A program made the position numbers and the translations under genes. The notes beneath the pieces were generated by a model, which saw nothing but the letters and a program-made list of their open reading frames with translations, had not been told where the DNA came from and did not search any database. Positions 50,974 through 64,000 of a stretch of 64,000 nt of DNA are shown piece after piece; the stretch's first letter is position 1, and the number at the start of each line of letters is the position of its first letter. Where the stretch lies: assembly GCF_006345805.1 (NCBI RefSeq), contig NC_043009.1, positions 35,278,001-35,342,000 on the forward strand, read 5' to 3'. Origin of the DNA: Octopus sinensis. Taxonomy: Eukaryota.

Positions 50974-51312
50974 TTGAGGGAAATTTCGAACCTTGGTTCT
51001 CATTCCGAAGGTATTGGGTCTGTTGCGTTTGTATTTGGTAATGTTCAATTTTGACTAAAATGTTTCGTTGATATTTATTTTGACACATATCGGAGAACTC
51101 AAAACCTGATTTTCTTTATGCGTAAATGTACAGTAATCTCTCGACTATTGCAGGTGTTACGTTCCAGATAGGTGAAAATCCGTGAAGTAGAAACAGTAAT
51201 GTCCTGTATATATTTTTTTATTTATTATCTTTATAGTTAGTACACATTTGTTTTATCATAAATGCAAAAGAACACCACAGAGGAATCGACGTAAGCTTAA
51301 GTAATAAATCAC

Positions 51313-51358
51313 GATAGGTGAACCGTGATAGGTGAACCGTGATAGGTGAACCGCGATA
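51313..51358. repeat. 14-bp minisatellite GATAGGTGAACCGT x3
   Basis: Direct reading. Confidence 0.95.
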
Positions 51359-51377
51359 TGGCGAGGGATTATTGTAT

Positions 51378-51897
<520 letters not shown>

Positions 51898-51963
51898 GTG
51901 TGGTGTGTGTGTGTTTATGTATTAGATTTAAATATATATGTACAAATTTGTATTCAAGTTTGT

Positions 51964-51999
<36 letters not shown>

Positions 52000-52614
52000 A
52001 GATATATTGATAATTTTCCACAATAATTATTTTACGATACAGCTCTTATTTTGGGAAACTCGATACTTGTATTAGTAATAATCTGATAATGGATCTCATA
52101 TATAAGCCCTAATCGAATTGGCGGATGAATGTAGCTAAGTTTGTTAATTGGATTATACACTACTGCAAATTTTATAGCTTGATGTAATGCATATCATCAA
52201 GAAATAAATATTATCACTTCTCTTTGCGTCCAGGACATAAAATAAGAATTTTGCCAAGTGATTTGAAAGCCGTTGTCAAAAATTTGAATTTTACTACTAT
52301 ATTCATATAGGGAAATGATATTCAGTTGTATATGAATACAGATATCCAATTGCATATTCTTTTCTGAAAAGATATCTAATTTTTTGTATATATACGGTGA
52401 CATCCGTGAAACAAAACCAAGAGTCATAACCATTGAATATTTGTCGAATTAGCTGTAAGCTCTCTTGATACATGTACTTATTTATGTAGGTGTCCATCCA
52501 TCCATCCATCCATCAATCCATCCATTAATCTCTCTCTCTCTCTCCTCTCTCTCTTCTCTCTCTCTCTCTCAGGTGATTACTTTCTGCATTGTTCGATCAA
52601 TTACACTTTGGTTA

Positions 52615-53265
52615 GACTACAGTAACGCATTTAACTTTCTACCGCATTCCTGAATATAAAATCCCTCAGGATCTACAGATTACTCTATACTAGCATAAGA
52701 AGCGTCAAGATCTGAAGACCATATGTAATCATTTACATACAGATGGATCGTTAACGTTCTTATATGGATTAACATAACGTAGACTTCGAAAAGGACAGAA
52801 ATCTTGCTATCATTACTGCTCTTCTACCTTTTACTACAACGAATCAGCAATGTTCTGGACAACATCAACTAAAGGTACAACTCACAGTAATAGCAACTAA
52901 ATCCCTTGCTTGACAATAAATGAACTCATTTTTCAAGAATGATAACCAACTGAAGAAGAGCACTCACTATTTTTAAATTCATGAGTGAAGACATCAGGGT
53001 AGAGTTCGGAATCGACATGTGTGTTAAAGCAAACATCAAGACAGGAAAACAGGCAAAGTTTGCAAACCTAGACTTTGATACTGACACCATGATTAAGGAG
53101 CTTAGTCAAAAGGATACATACATATACATAGGAGTGAATGAAGTTGGCATACACCTCTGGAACTTGAATGAGAATATACAGAAATAATACAGGAGTATAC
53201 GTATGATGCTGAAAAGCAAACTGAATGCCGTTAACAACCTGAAAGCTATAAACCTCCCCGATTAG
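52615..53265 (+). mobile_element. R4/Dong-like RT remnant
   Basis: It reads WLDYSNAFNFLPHS, SEDIRVEFGIDMCVKANIKTGK and IRMMLKSKLNAVNNLKAIN. Confidence 0.65.
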
Positions 53266-53419
53266 TTTCAATGTCAACTTGAAGCTGAATGAGGAAGAGC
53301 CTGGTTTTCAAAACTCGAAATAGTTTAACCGCAAAGTAATTGTCACATGGGTAGATGTTATGTCTTAATTCTTCGAGTTGTTTTATACTCTTTTTTGGTA
53401 GTTTTTAGCTCTGCAATCA

Positions 53420-54060
53420 TATTTGGTCTTCTTGCTTCGTAAGTTTGACCAATCTTTATTGAGAAATCTCACAGAATCCGGTAATTATCATCCTATATCA
53501 GTACCTTGGGCTCATGTTCGAACCACTTTTCTGTCACTCTGCATTCACACACTTGGTTAATATGCCAATGCGCTCATCTTATTGGCCAAGCACCTTGGTC
53601 AGTATCAAGAACTAGGTTTGCAGACTTAGTTTTCCTTATTTGATCGATGCTTTAACTTACACGTCGATTTCGAACTCTATTCTGATTTCATTGAAACTTT
53701 TATAACTTGTGAGTTTCCTTTTTGAGTTGGATGTCGTTAGCGCAAAATGCATTGATACCGCCAACTCTTTTTGTACTAGCTTATTGCATTCACTTAAGAG
53801 ATGGTTAATATTTTCGTCTCCTTTCTCACAGGTTCTGAATTTACTCTCTGAGTGAGTTTCATCAGCTTTTGTCTTTATCAATTGCATTCCAATATCTTGT
53901 TCCCGAACGGCTATAGTTAACAAGTCAGTTTTCCGTTACAAGTTTGTGTCTGTTCTTTTAATGAATATGTCTGAGCAACACGTCTGGATTATCGGACGTT
54001 TTGTAGAGTGACATTTAATTAACTGAGATGACGTCTCTCTGCATTATTAGCAAATAAAGT
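53420..54060 (-). mobile_element. R4/Dong-like C-terminal remnant (CCHC and RLE region)
   Basis: It reads IAVREQDI...SKFRTCEKGDENINHLLSECNKLVQKE and KWFEHEPKV...RIL.DFSIKI...RRPNM. Confidence 0.7.
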
Positions 54061-55791
54061 CAAAACAAAACTAATCAATACATCTAAATCAACAATCCAC
54101 AAGCCACGGTTAAGAGGCATCGTCTTTAAAAGCTAAAACTACTTTGGATTATATGATCATTGTTAAAAAATCTTGATCACGGGTCTCTTGAACAGTAAAA
54201 TAAGTGACAGCCTGGGGTTAAACAAGAACGGAATAAATCATCTCATTTGTATAAACCTGACAACACAGTACATGATAAAACGTCGACAACAGGCAAACAG
54301 TGAACGAAAGAGAATCTCAGTTCGAAATGTTTAGTTGCCTCCTCTCAATAACACTACATTTGACAAGAAAAGATATGGCTCAGGGAAGAAAATTAAACAG
54401 AAAACTGCAACGAAATGCACAAAAGATGTTTTGAAGCGATGATAAGATTTAGAGTCGTTAAGTAGATCAAGAAATATTCGGCGCTTAATTGAAAACAAGA
54501 ACATTAATTAGGTTCTCATCGTATTGAAATTACGAGTAATTCAGAACTTTAATCGTGCATTTGATTTATCGCTTCTCTCTAATGCTCAAACCATTCCCAT
54601 TTAGATCAGTTTTACAGCGAAAAACCACAAACAAAGAATATAAAAGGATATACATATAAATCATCGGATATAGATTTTGATTCCCTGTGTAAATGCGTGT
54701 TGTGTTCACACCGACACACCGACACAATACTGCAAGCGCAAACAGATACAAGCATACATATATTTAATTACATACCCACGCTTACATGCACGTTTATTAC
54801 GCACAACTATGTTCATAGTTATACACATATATAAATGTGTGCGTGCAATATATTACAGAATTTCGTAAAGTTGTACATGGTATTAACGAGAATGTTGAAG
54901 AAGTTATTGCGACAAATATAACCACATGCATTTGTTACAATGCGAATATAAATCGAATTTCAATATGTATTTTTATTCTTGCTATGTCTGGAAGAAGATA
55001 CAATGTTCAGGGTCTTTACTAGCTCTCCGACACTGATGAGAGGGATATGTTTAGCATCACTCTGCTCAAACGGTTAAAATTTCACGCTCGAAGAGAAATA
55101 CAGGACAGGGTGGACTTTCCTGAGATCCGACGTCTTGGGTGAATGCATTGGGTGTAATTGCTTCTGTGGAGCTGGATGGGGTTGGATACAACATAGTTAA
55201 TGAGATGAGATGAAATGAGCGAGTTCGATGTATGCCAAACACGAAAGTGGCCAGCTTCGAGAAGTCATTTTAGTAAAGGTATAATTGACACAAAGAGGAG
55301 ACATCACATCTGGGAGTAGAACATGAAGTGTGCCTATAATTGACTTTATACCAACCGGTTGAGTGACTTTTCTCTGAACAATGTTTGGCATAATTGTACG
55401 TGTGGCAGTAACGCTATTTATGATATAGGTGCAAACAGCGTTTTGCACCACATTTGAGATTTCTAGGAATCAGTAACTGTAAAGGGTGAAAATGTGCTCT
55501 GGTGCCAAGAGTAAGCTAAGTCCTTGGAATGCAGTCTCAGTTATGAGAATGATTTACTTTCATCGACCGAGATCCTTCTTGTGAGTGGAAACTGACATTT
55601 GGAAAGATTACGAAGAATTGTAATATTTGATGCGTCAGCATAGCGAAAGTGGGATGGCATTTCAAATTCTCTTTGCTATAGCGACAAAACTGGCATAGAC
55701 CCGCGCGTGCGCTCACATGCATACATATATATAGATATGTGTGTATAAAAATATTCATACATATGTATATATGCATGTGCTTATATATATG

Positions 55792-55826
<35 letters not shown>

Positions 55827-56081
55827 ATGTGTGTATGTATGCATCTATGCGCCTCAGGACTGGATTGATTCCTTTCTGTTCAAGAGCGCAGGCTCTCAAA
55901 CCGTATAAGACCTACTCAATTTCCCGAGCGTTAAATTAATACACCCCCTTATTTATACACCTGTCTTCGACTTTGTTTTCCTGTAAATTTCAGCTATATA
56001 CATACATACATACATACATACTATATATGTATATATATATATGTATACATACATACATACATACTATATATGTATATATAT

Positions 56082-56134
<53 letters not shown>

Positions 56135-56597
56135 GTACTATGTATGTATGTGTATATATGTGTATGTATATATATATATCTGTGTTGCTGACAGGCTATG
56201 CCTTTCTTTTGCTGGGCTCAAATCTAATTTACAGACTCATGAAAAGTCAGCCACCACAATTATTCTGCCTATATGTCTGTGCACACTTTTCTATGTCATC
56301 TATGCTATAAGGTCTGAAAATATAACGGAGACCACAAAAGACATTTTAAGATCCCAAAAGATCAGAAATTAACAGCAGCTCTTGGTAGTTCAATTTGGAT
56401 AGGCATTCTATGTGGGTGACTTTTCAAAAAATTGTCTATTTTAAAAAGCCGCAACACACGCGATGATGGATCTAAGGTGTGGTACAGGGGGTGGTCAGAC
56501 TTTGCATAAGGAGTAGACAACCTCCATATATATATAATAAGAAAATACAGAGATAATTAATAAATTATTACTTATTAATTATAATATTGACAAACAT

Positions 56598-56681
56598 CTC
56601 TTACAGCTTTTTCGATTCAAAACCTTCAGAACGTTAATTAATAAAATTGAAAATTATTTGAAAGTCGAATCTCGTCAGAGG
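56598..56681 (-). ncRNA. Slightly degenerate hammerhead motif with a long stem II
   Basis: The minus strand reads CCT CTGACGA GATTC...GAATC GAAAA AGCT GTA AGAG. The core and the G-C-closed stem II are intact. Position 15.2 is A rather than C, and stem I pairs at only 2 bp. Confidence 0.5.
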
Positions 56682-58479
56682 TAATTTAAGACATACAAAA
56701 TAGGTGTTCAATTTCTACATGCTGCAAACCGTTATGCATAAAATCCGTAGTATAAAACATGGTAGGGACCTTACAAATGTGAGGAACGTTGTGTATATTG
56801 GAGTAAAATTAGATCAATGTATTCATCTAAGGTATTTAGTAAAGGAAAAACTCAAGTAGATATATTGATATAACTATCATGTATTACGATATTATGTATA
56901 TTCATCTTTTCTTGACGTCAACAAAACACTATGACATTACAACCAGCCAGGAAAAGTCTTCGCTACATTTGCGGCACCTGCCAGAGGGAGTGTTTGTCCA
57001 GGATAGGACTACACAGCCACAGCAAGAAATGTATTAGGACGTGAAATGTAAAAGCCGGACTAGATCATTTTATGCGCACCTCCATTGTCTCCCAAGACAA
57101 AAAGGATGCCAACGAAGTCTATTCATATTAAAATAATAGGAAATTATTATGTAGAGTTTAATTCAAGTATATATAGTTAATATTAATATTTGATTAAAGT
57201 GGAAAACATTCCAGGCAATCTATTACTTATTGTAAATATCGCAAGGGTTAAAAGACTTATATGATATATTAACTTAATGCTAGGATACATAAAAAATTAA
57301 AAATAAAATTAAGAATAAAATAAAATAAATAAAATATAATAGAGTAAAAATATAAATAGAGTAAAAATAAATAAATGAATAAAGACTTACAAAATATAGC
57401 CTATCACTCATTAAAAAAAATTATTACTGAGCAAGACTAATAAGGATACGTAACTATTAAAGGTTTCAAACATGCAGCATTCCCTTGGTGAGATACCGGA
57501 TGTAAATATGTTAAAAGGCTCAAGCAACTAGATATAGTATTTAACATAAATAAATAAATAAGTTTTAAAAGGAAGTAAATATATGCTTATAAAAGTAATA
57601 ATAAATGTTTAAATATGGGTCAATTCAACAATATTAATTAAAGCTTAATAATTATTTAAATAGTTAAATGTAATGCCCTCAAAACCGGAAGTACTTATTT
57701 GATATAGCAGTAAAGTTGCAAAGAACAGCTAGGAATAATCTAAATTAAGGACATACCAAAGCAAAACCAGGTTGAAGTAAATATGTATTTTTTACAGTGA
57801 ATAAGAAAATAGCTTCAGATTCGGTTCATATAGAGCAATTAATATAGAGATGAAGCACTAATGAAAACCTAGGAACAATCTAAATTAGGGACATACAAAA
57901 ATGAATCCCGGTAAAGGTAAACATATATAATTTACGGTGAAGTAGAAAATAGATAAAATATGTTGTTCTTGTAGTATAATTTAATATTAAAGTAATTAAA
58001 AATTATGATTGTCATAAATCAATAAGTTAATGGTTAGATATACCTTCATACAAGGAGATAAAAAACCGTAAAAAGTTATTGTGCATGAGATAGCAATATG
58101 TTGAGAGAGAGGGGCGATACAGAAGAATCATAAATGGAATTATTATGCTTGAGATATACAAAATCAATAGGAAATCAGTGAAGGCGGAGTTATAGATAAG
58201 TTACTGGAAAGCAAACAAATAAACAATAACAAGGGGATAGATAAATAATGTGCAGATTAGCGTAACAGGAGACATGTGCATGTTATGAAGTAAAATTTAT
58301 GCTAACGAATAAGTTAAGTAAGTTTATAACTACTTCAACCGTGCAATCAACCAAGTGATAGGAAGAAAACTATAAAATATAAATTGTTTAATTAAATAAA
58401 TGTTTTTCTGAATGGTCTTGACTTAAAACAGTTATACATATATATATATTATATATATATATATTATATATATATATAT

Positions 58480-59767
58480 TGATAATAAATATTAGGGAAT
58501 AAATCCAAACTCACAGGGAAAAATCAGATTTAGGATTGAGTCCAATTTATAGTAAAATATTATATTATATAAATTAGAGACAAAACCACTATTATGCAAA
58601 GAGTGATTGTGTGTGTGTGTGTGCGAGTATGCATAAGTAATGTGTAGAAGTATAGGGCTGCATTATAAAATATATCCGTGTCTATATGTATATGTGTATG
58701 TGTGGATATATATGTGTGTGTGTGTGTTTGTTTACGTATTTATATATGTTTATATACATATATATATATATGAGCGTGAGCATGTATATATTTTTTGTAT
58801 TTTGAAATTAGCTATTTCATCTTTAAATGTTTCGACTGGAGATGGTTTGGGCCATGTTTAGTTTAATGGCGTAATTTGTATTGGATGGTAGTTCCCATTC
58901 ATAGTTTTGTTTATAGTACTTGTGGTATTTATTTGGTGCTATATTACTAAGAATGGAGTGTTTATGTGGGTGTTTGGTTGAGAGTTTGCGGCTGCTGGAT
59001 GTTGTTTCTCCTCTGTGTTGGTGTCTTGCTGAGAGTGTGCGTTTATGAATGAGTGATTTTGTGTGTGTGTGCGGTTGTGCATGGGTGGAGTGTGGAAGTG
59101 TGGGGCTGCATTGTGGGATATGTCCGTGTCTGTGTGTGTGTGTGTGTATGTATGGATGTATGTGTGTGTGTGTGTGTGTGTTTGTGTGCGTGTTTATGTG
59201 TGTTTATATGCATACATATGTATATGAGCGTGAGCATGTATATATATTTTTTGTATTTTGAAATTAGCTATTTCATCTTTAAATATGAGAAATTAAATAT
59301 ATTAGGTTTTCATTATATACTATAGTTTATAGAGATTTTAGATTTTGATTATAATATTTATATATTTTTTCATTGATAATTTATATATATTAGTCATTTC
59401 AAATATTTATATAAGTAGATATAGACTAAATTGGATATTAGAATATGGATTTTCTACCTTATAAATTAAAGTTAATATTTAACATTTTAGTCGATTTCGA
59501 TATAATCATATTTAATAATAGAGATTATTATAAGTAAATTATTATTTAGATTATATAGATTATTTATATCTTAAAAATATTGATTATATTTTAGATTTGA
59601 AACCACCTGAAGAATGTCTACTACTCAAAGATGTGATGAAAAGAAGACATGAAACGATCGTAGTGGATATTAATAATTGTTAAATTTCTAAATTATATAA
59701 ATTAATTTATGTATTGGATTAAGTCTTTCTTTGTTTGATTTGCATAATAGTGGTTTTGTCTCTAATT

Positions 59768-59808
<41 letters not shown>

Positions 59809-59834
59809 ACATATATAATATATATAAAAATATA

Positions 59835-59887
<53 letters not shown>

Positions 59888-59960
59888 CATATATATAAAC
59901 ATATAAATTAAATTAGAAATAAAACCACTATTAGGCAAATCAAACTGAAAAACATAAACC
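58480..59960. mobile_element. PLE-like non-coding element with tandem and inverted partial repeats around a hammerhead motif
   Basis: aaattagagacaaaaccactattatgcaaa (about 58570) is inverted at about 59740-59770 and recurs at about 59910. A direct repeat of about 60 bp occurs at 58771 and 59225. Confidence 0.55.
59603..59666 (+). ncRNA. Type I hammerhead ribozyme motif
   Basis: CCAC CTGAAGA ATGTCT-(25 nt)-AGACAT GAAAC GATC GTA GTGG. Stem I has 4 bp, stem II has 6 bp, stem III is the palindrome ACGATCGT and the triplet is GUA. Confidence 0.85.
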
Positions 59961-60129
59961 AAAACATAAAAATAAATATAGTTAATACAATATACAAAAT
60001 ATATAAAAAGGTTTAAATTAAATTATTTAAATTTAAGATTTTTAATTTATATTTATACATATTTATATTTTTTTATATTTTTAAAATTTTAAATTTATAA
60101 ATTTTTAAACTTTAATTTTATAATATTTA

Positions 60130-60165
<36 letters not shown>

Positions 60166-60247
60166 ACTATCAAAAAGTTATTAACAAGTTTAATATAATA
60201 TAATAAGTAATATTATATAACATATATACATATATATACATACATAA

Positions 60248-60282
<35 letters not shown>

Positions 60283-60291
<9 letters not shown>

Positions 60292-60322
60292 ATTAGGGCT
60301 TAGTAAAATAAATTACTTTGCA
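60283..60322 (-). mobile_element. Short fragment of the approximately 560-bp HHR-element family
   Basis: tatataattagggcttagtaaaataaattactttgc matches 14657-14692, apart from its first base. Confidence 0.7.
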
Positions 60323-62073
60323 TACATACATACATACATATACATGCAAACATACATTTATATATGACTTAGTTATTTGTGACAGAAGCAGTATTAATAC
60401 AAAAATTAATGTTTATCCAGCGAAACATGGATGACATGACATATTAGAACGATAAATACTGCGTTATTAGCTCTGAGAGATCTTGTCATATAGGCCCGTG
60501 GCACTTATAAGCAGGCAGATAGATCGTAGCTGATGAAATTCTTCTATGGGCGCCGGAATTCCCATATTACATAATTTATTTCCATCGGAAGTGGGAAGCT
60601 GCGAGTGATTGCATGTCAGTCAAATCTCGCTGCTACGTCTTTCCAGACACTCATGTCGCAAATTGCCAGAAGGTTTATTACAAGTTAATTATTAATAATA
60701 TAAGAAGTATCAATACCAAAAGGTAATCTTTACATTTAACTAAACAGGGATACTTTGTTAGTAAACTGAATACTGCATTAATAACTTCTCATATATTGGC
60801 GTTTGATGCATAAATGTAAGCAATTGAATCGAATCAGATGAAATTTCTTTGTCATGGATGTTGAAATACCCATATCCCGTGATTTCGTTCAATCGAAATT
60901 CAGCAGTGGGACGCCTGGGTGAACAAATGCAAGTCAAATCCCTCTGGCATGTTTAGGTGGATATAAAGATTACCTTTGTATGCATGTCTGTGAATCTTGC
61001 TGTGTATTGATACACTAGTCGATTATGTTTGTACATGTGAGCAAATTTAGTTTGGCCCTCCATGTATAAATGCCTTTATGTCTCATCTGCGTTCCTGAAC
61101 ACTACGTTCAGATGTCGTTGTATATATAATCTATCTAATGTCTATACGCCAGTATATATTTCTTGGCTCTATATATGTGGTGATATATATGGCTGTTCTG
61201 ATGGATGCTTACTTTGTGTATCAAGTTGCAGATTCAGCAGTCGTCAATGTTCCTTTATTTGCTTTCATAAAATTTATTTTGAATTTTACACAGTACCTTT
61301 ATGTTGTTCATGACCTTTTTTAAAAACACCCATGCATCACATGCAGTTTATTTTCTCCAGAATACATTCATAGTTTAGTATTCAAATATTTTCATCATAT
61401 AATTGGATTTCGTTAAATACAAACAAAATTCAAAGTTAATTTCTTTCAGATAAGAAAATTTCTGTAAAGGCCAAATTCTTCTTCATGTAATACTCAACAC
61501 GCCATCATAATCATGTCTCTCTCTTATTTCTCCCCACTTATTCTCCGCGTTATACTAGTAACTTCTCTTCTCCTTCTTGTCTCTTTTCCTTTTATCCTGC
61601 ACTTTTTATTACTTATATTGTCTCTAATACAAACTTAATATAGATAGATTTCGCACTGAATAGAGTTCCTAATTCTGAATATAAGCGCAAAAACGAAGCA
61701 GAATTAAATCTATGAAGTAATCATCGACAATACGTGTGCGCAAGTGTATGCATGTATGTAAGTATGTATGTAAGACGATAGGTTGGTGTGTGCGCGCGCA
61801 CGCAGGTGTATGATATTGCTATAGTGTATTATAGAACACATCTTTAAATCAGCCAATACTTTGTGACGACGAATGTGAACAATACGCCTATATACAAAAG
61901 ATGTTCTTCGATAAAGAAGAACTGTACAAATTACCGTATGATTTATTGCAAAGTACAACAAAGAAACAAAAGGAGAGATTATCAACGCACACACATGTAT
62001 AATACACATACACATACATACATATACATACACATATACATATAAACATATACATACATACACACACAGACAG

Positions 62074-62104
<31 letters not shown>

Positions 62105-63399
62105 CAGATATATATATTTGTTTTCTCTATGCTTCTATATCTCTCTATATATATATGAATATATACGTGTGTATACGCGTGTTATATTTGTGCTTATGCA
62201 ATAATGTATAGATACATATTGCACTAATTCATGTAGAAAGAAATTGTGTGTGTATGTGTATTTGTATGAGTAAGTATGTGTTTGAGTGTGTGTGCTTGTG
62301 AGCGTGTGTCCGTTCGCGCGTACGTGTTCATTTAAGAGTGATGTTGCTTTAAAAAGACCTATCTTACTAATTCGACCAATACATCGGCTAGAAATATGTA
62401 TATATTTGATGCGATCGATTGACCCCTTGAAGGAGGTAGCAGAACATGGCCGTAGTTCAATGGTTGAAACTATTAATAGAATAGAAAACACACATTCAAA
62501 TACGCATACATGTTGTGTGTGTATATATATATATATAGATAAAGATAGATATGATATATATGTATGTATATATATATGTATATATATGTATATACATATA
62601 TATACTTATATATATACATATATATACATATATATATACATATATATATACATATATACACATATACATATACATATATATGTACATACATATATATATA
62701 TACATCTATATATACATATATGTACATATATATATACACAAATATATATATATATATGGTTATAGACATCGTCTTGTGTAATTGCTATAGACAACGCTGT
62801 ACCGGAAATTAAATACTGATCTTACCATATATCACAAAATAATACTGTCACCAAAAGATTATTGCAGTAATTTACTTCGGGCAAAATGGAATTGTCCAAT
62901 TAATGGCTTATGAAGCAAAATATAATAATAGAGAAGGACCAATTCTTAAACAGACCTGACGTTGTCCCTACCCCTTCTTTAGAGCTATATTGGGATGATG
63001 ATGATAATGTTAATGGTAGTAGTGATGCTGCTATCGCTTAGGGTAGTAGTGTGTGTAATAAGAATGATGGTAATATCAGTAATTTTGGGTATGTTGGTGA
63101 AGGTGATATTGGGCGTGGTAGTGATGATGATGATATGATGATGATGATGATGATGATGAAGAGGAGGAGGAGGAAGATGAAAATACTAGCATTACTTTAT
63201 CTCACAGAGGTCGCTAATGATGATCACAATGAACGATGATTGTGAAGCTTAATCCCATCAAAACCACGTTTATTAAAATAATTCTGGTGAGTAAAAATAC
63301 AATAAGCATAATTGTGCCAATGATGATGATGACGACAATGATGACTAGTTAATACAGCATTTCCCAGAACAGCAAGACAGAAATTAAAACAATGGCTAT

Positions 63400-63920
63400 G
63401 ATACGAATGACAGCAACTGCAGAGAAGTATCGTATAGGCACACGCCAGAATAGGTCACGGAAAATGAGAAAGCGGCCATAATTTGGGACATACTAATACA
63501 CACAGATATTAAGGCATGTAGTCCGGATGTAGTCATAAGAGATAAAAACAAAACATGCTTTCTACCCGCTGTATCAATACCAACAGATGACAATGTTTTT
63601 TTTAACAAAACGGAGAAACCTTCAAAATACAAAGATCTGGAAACAGAGGTAACTCGAATATGGATTCGAAAAGCAGAAACAATTCCTATCATAGTAGTCT
63701 CATTACGGTATGATAAAAAGTAGTCAGAAATATACATAACAAAAACACCAGGACTAAAAAGTATATATGAGATACAGAATACTGCACTAAAAGATACTGC
63801 ACGCATCCTATGTAAAACACTTACAATACAGTAAAAATAGGAAATCACAACAAACACAGCACATATCAAAGGCACACAGAGCTGCATTCAGTGAAAGTCC
63901 GTGATTAAATGAAACTTCTG
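63400..63920 (+). mobile_element. R4/Dong-like LINE 3' end (RLE endonuclease and 3' UTR) followed by (AAT)n
   Basis: It reads IIWDILIHTD.KACSPDVVIRDKNKTCF...SIPTDDNV..KTEKPSKYKDLETEVTRIW...PII...IQNTAL.DTARIL. (AAT)n runs from 63921 to 64000. Confidence 0.85.
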
Positions 63921-64000
63921 AATAATAATAATAACAATAATAATAATAATAATAATAGTAATAATAATAATAATGATAATAATAATAAATAATAATAATA

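Noticed and set aside
55030-55080. CTGATGA-GAG...CTC-AAAC-GGTT hammerhead-like string
   Set aside because: The essential G of GAAA is missing and stem I does not pair, so at most it is a dead copy.

Overview
AT-rich eukaryotic non-genic or intronic DNA, dense in microsatellites and decayed transposons. The SINE families look like octopus (cephalopod) repeats, which is recognition from memory and not a database result. No intact host gene, rRNA, tRNA or CRISPR array can be supported. Most short ORFs in the track are microsatellite read-throughs or transposon fragments. The window holds remnants of Penelope-like elements (PLEs), R4/Dong-like LINEs, a near full-length CR1/L2-group LINE inserted into an older repeat, RTE LINEs, two DD37D (maT)-like Tc1/mariner transposase pseudogenes, MITEs and tRNA-derived SINEs. 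The most notable signal is a set of minimal type I hammerhead ribozyme (HHR) motifs. A non-coding unit of about 560 bp carrying one HHR occurs as a five-copy head-to-tail array (40322-43150). A diverged relative occurs in an inverted arrangement (14569-16018) and keeps the same ribozyme fold despite changed stem sequences. Both end at (TA)n tracts. This architecture resembles retrozymes or PLE pseudo-LTRs. Five more HHRs with different sequences lie at 7502, 11126, 50928, 56598 and 59603. All folds were paired by hand and none has been tested for activity.
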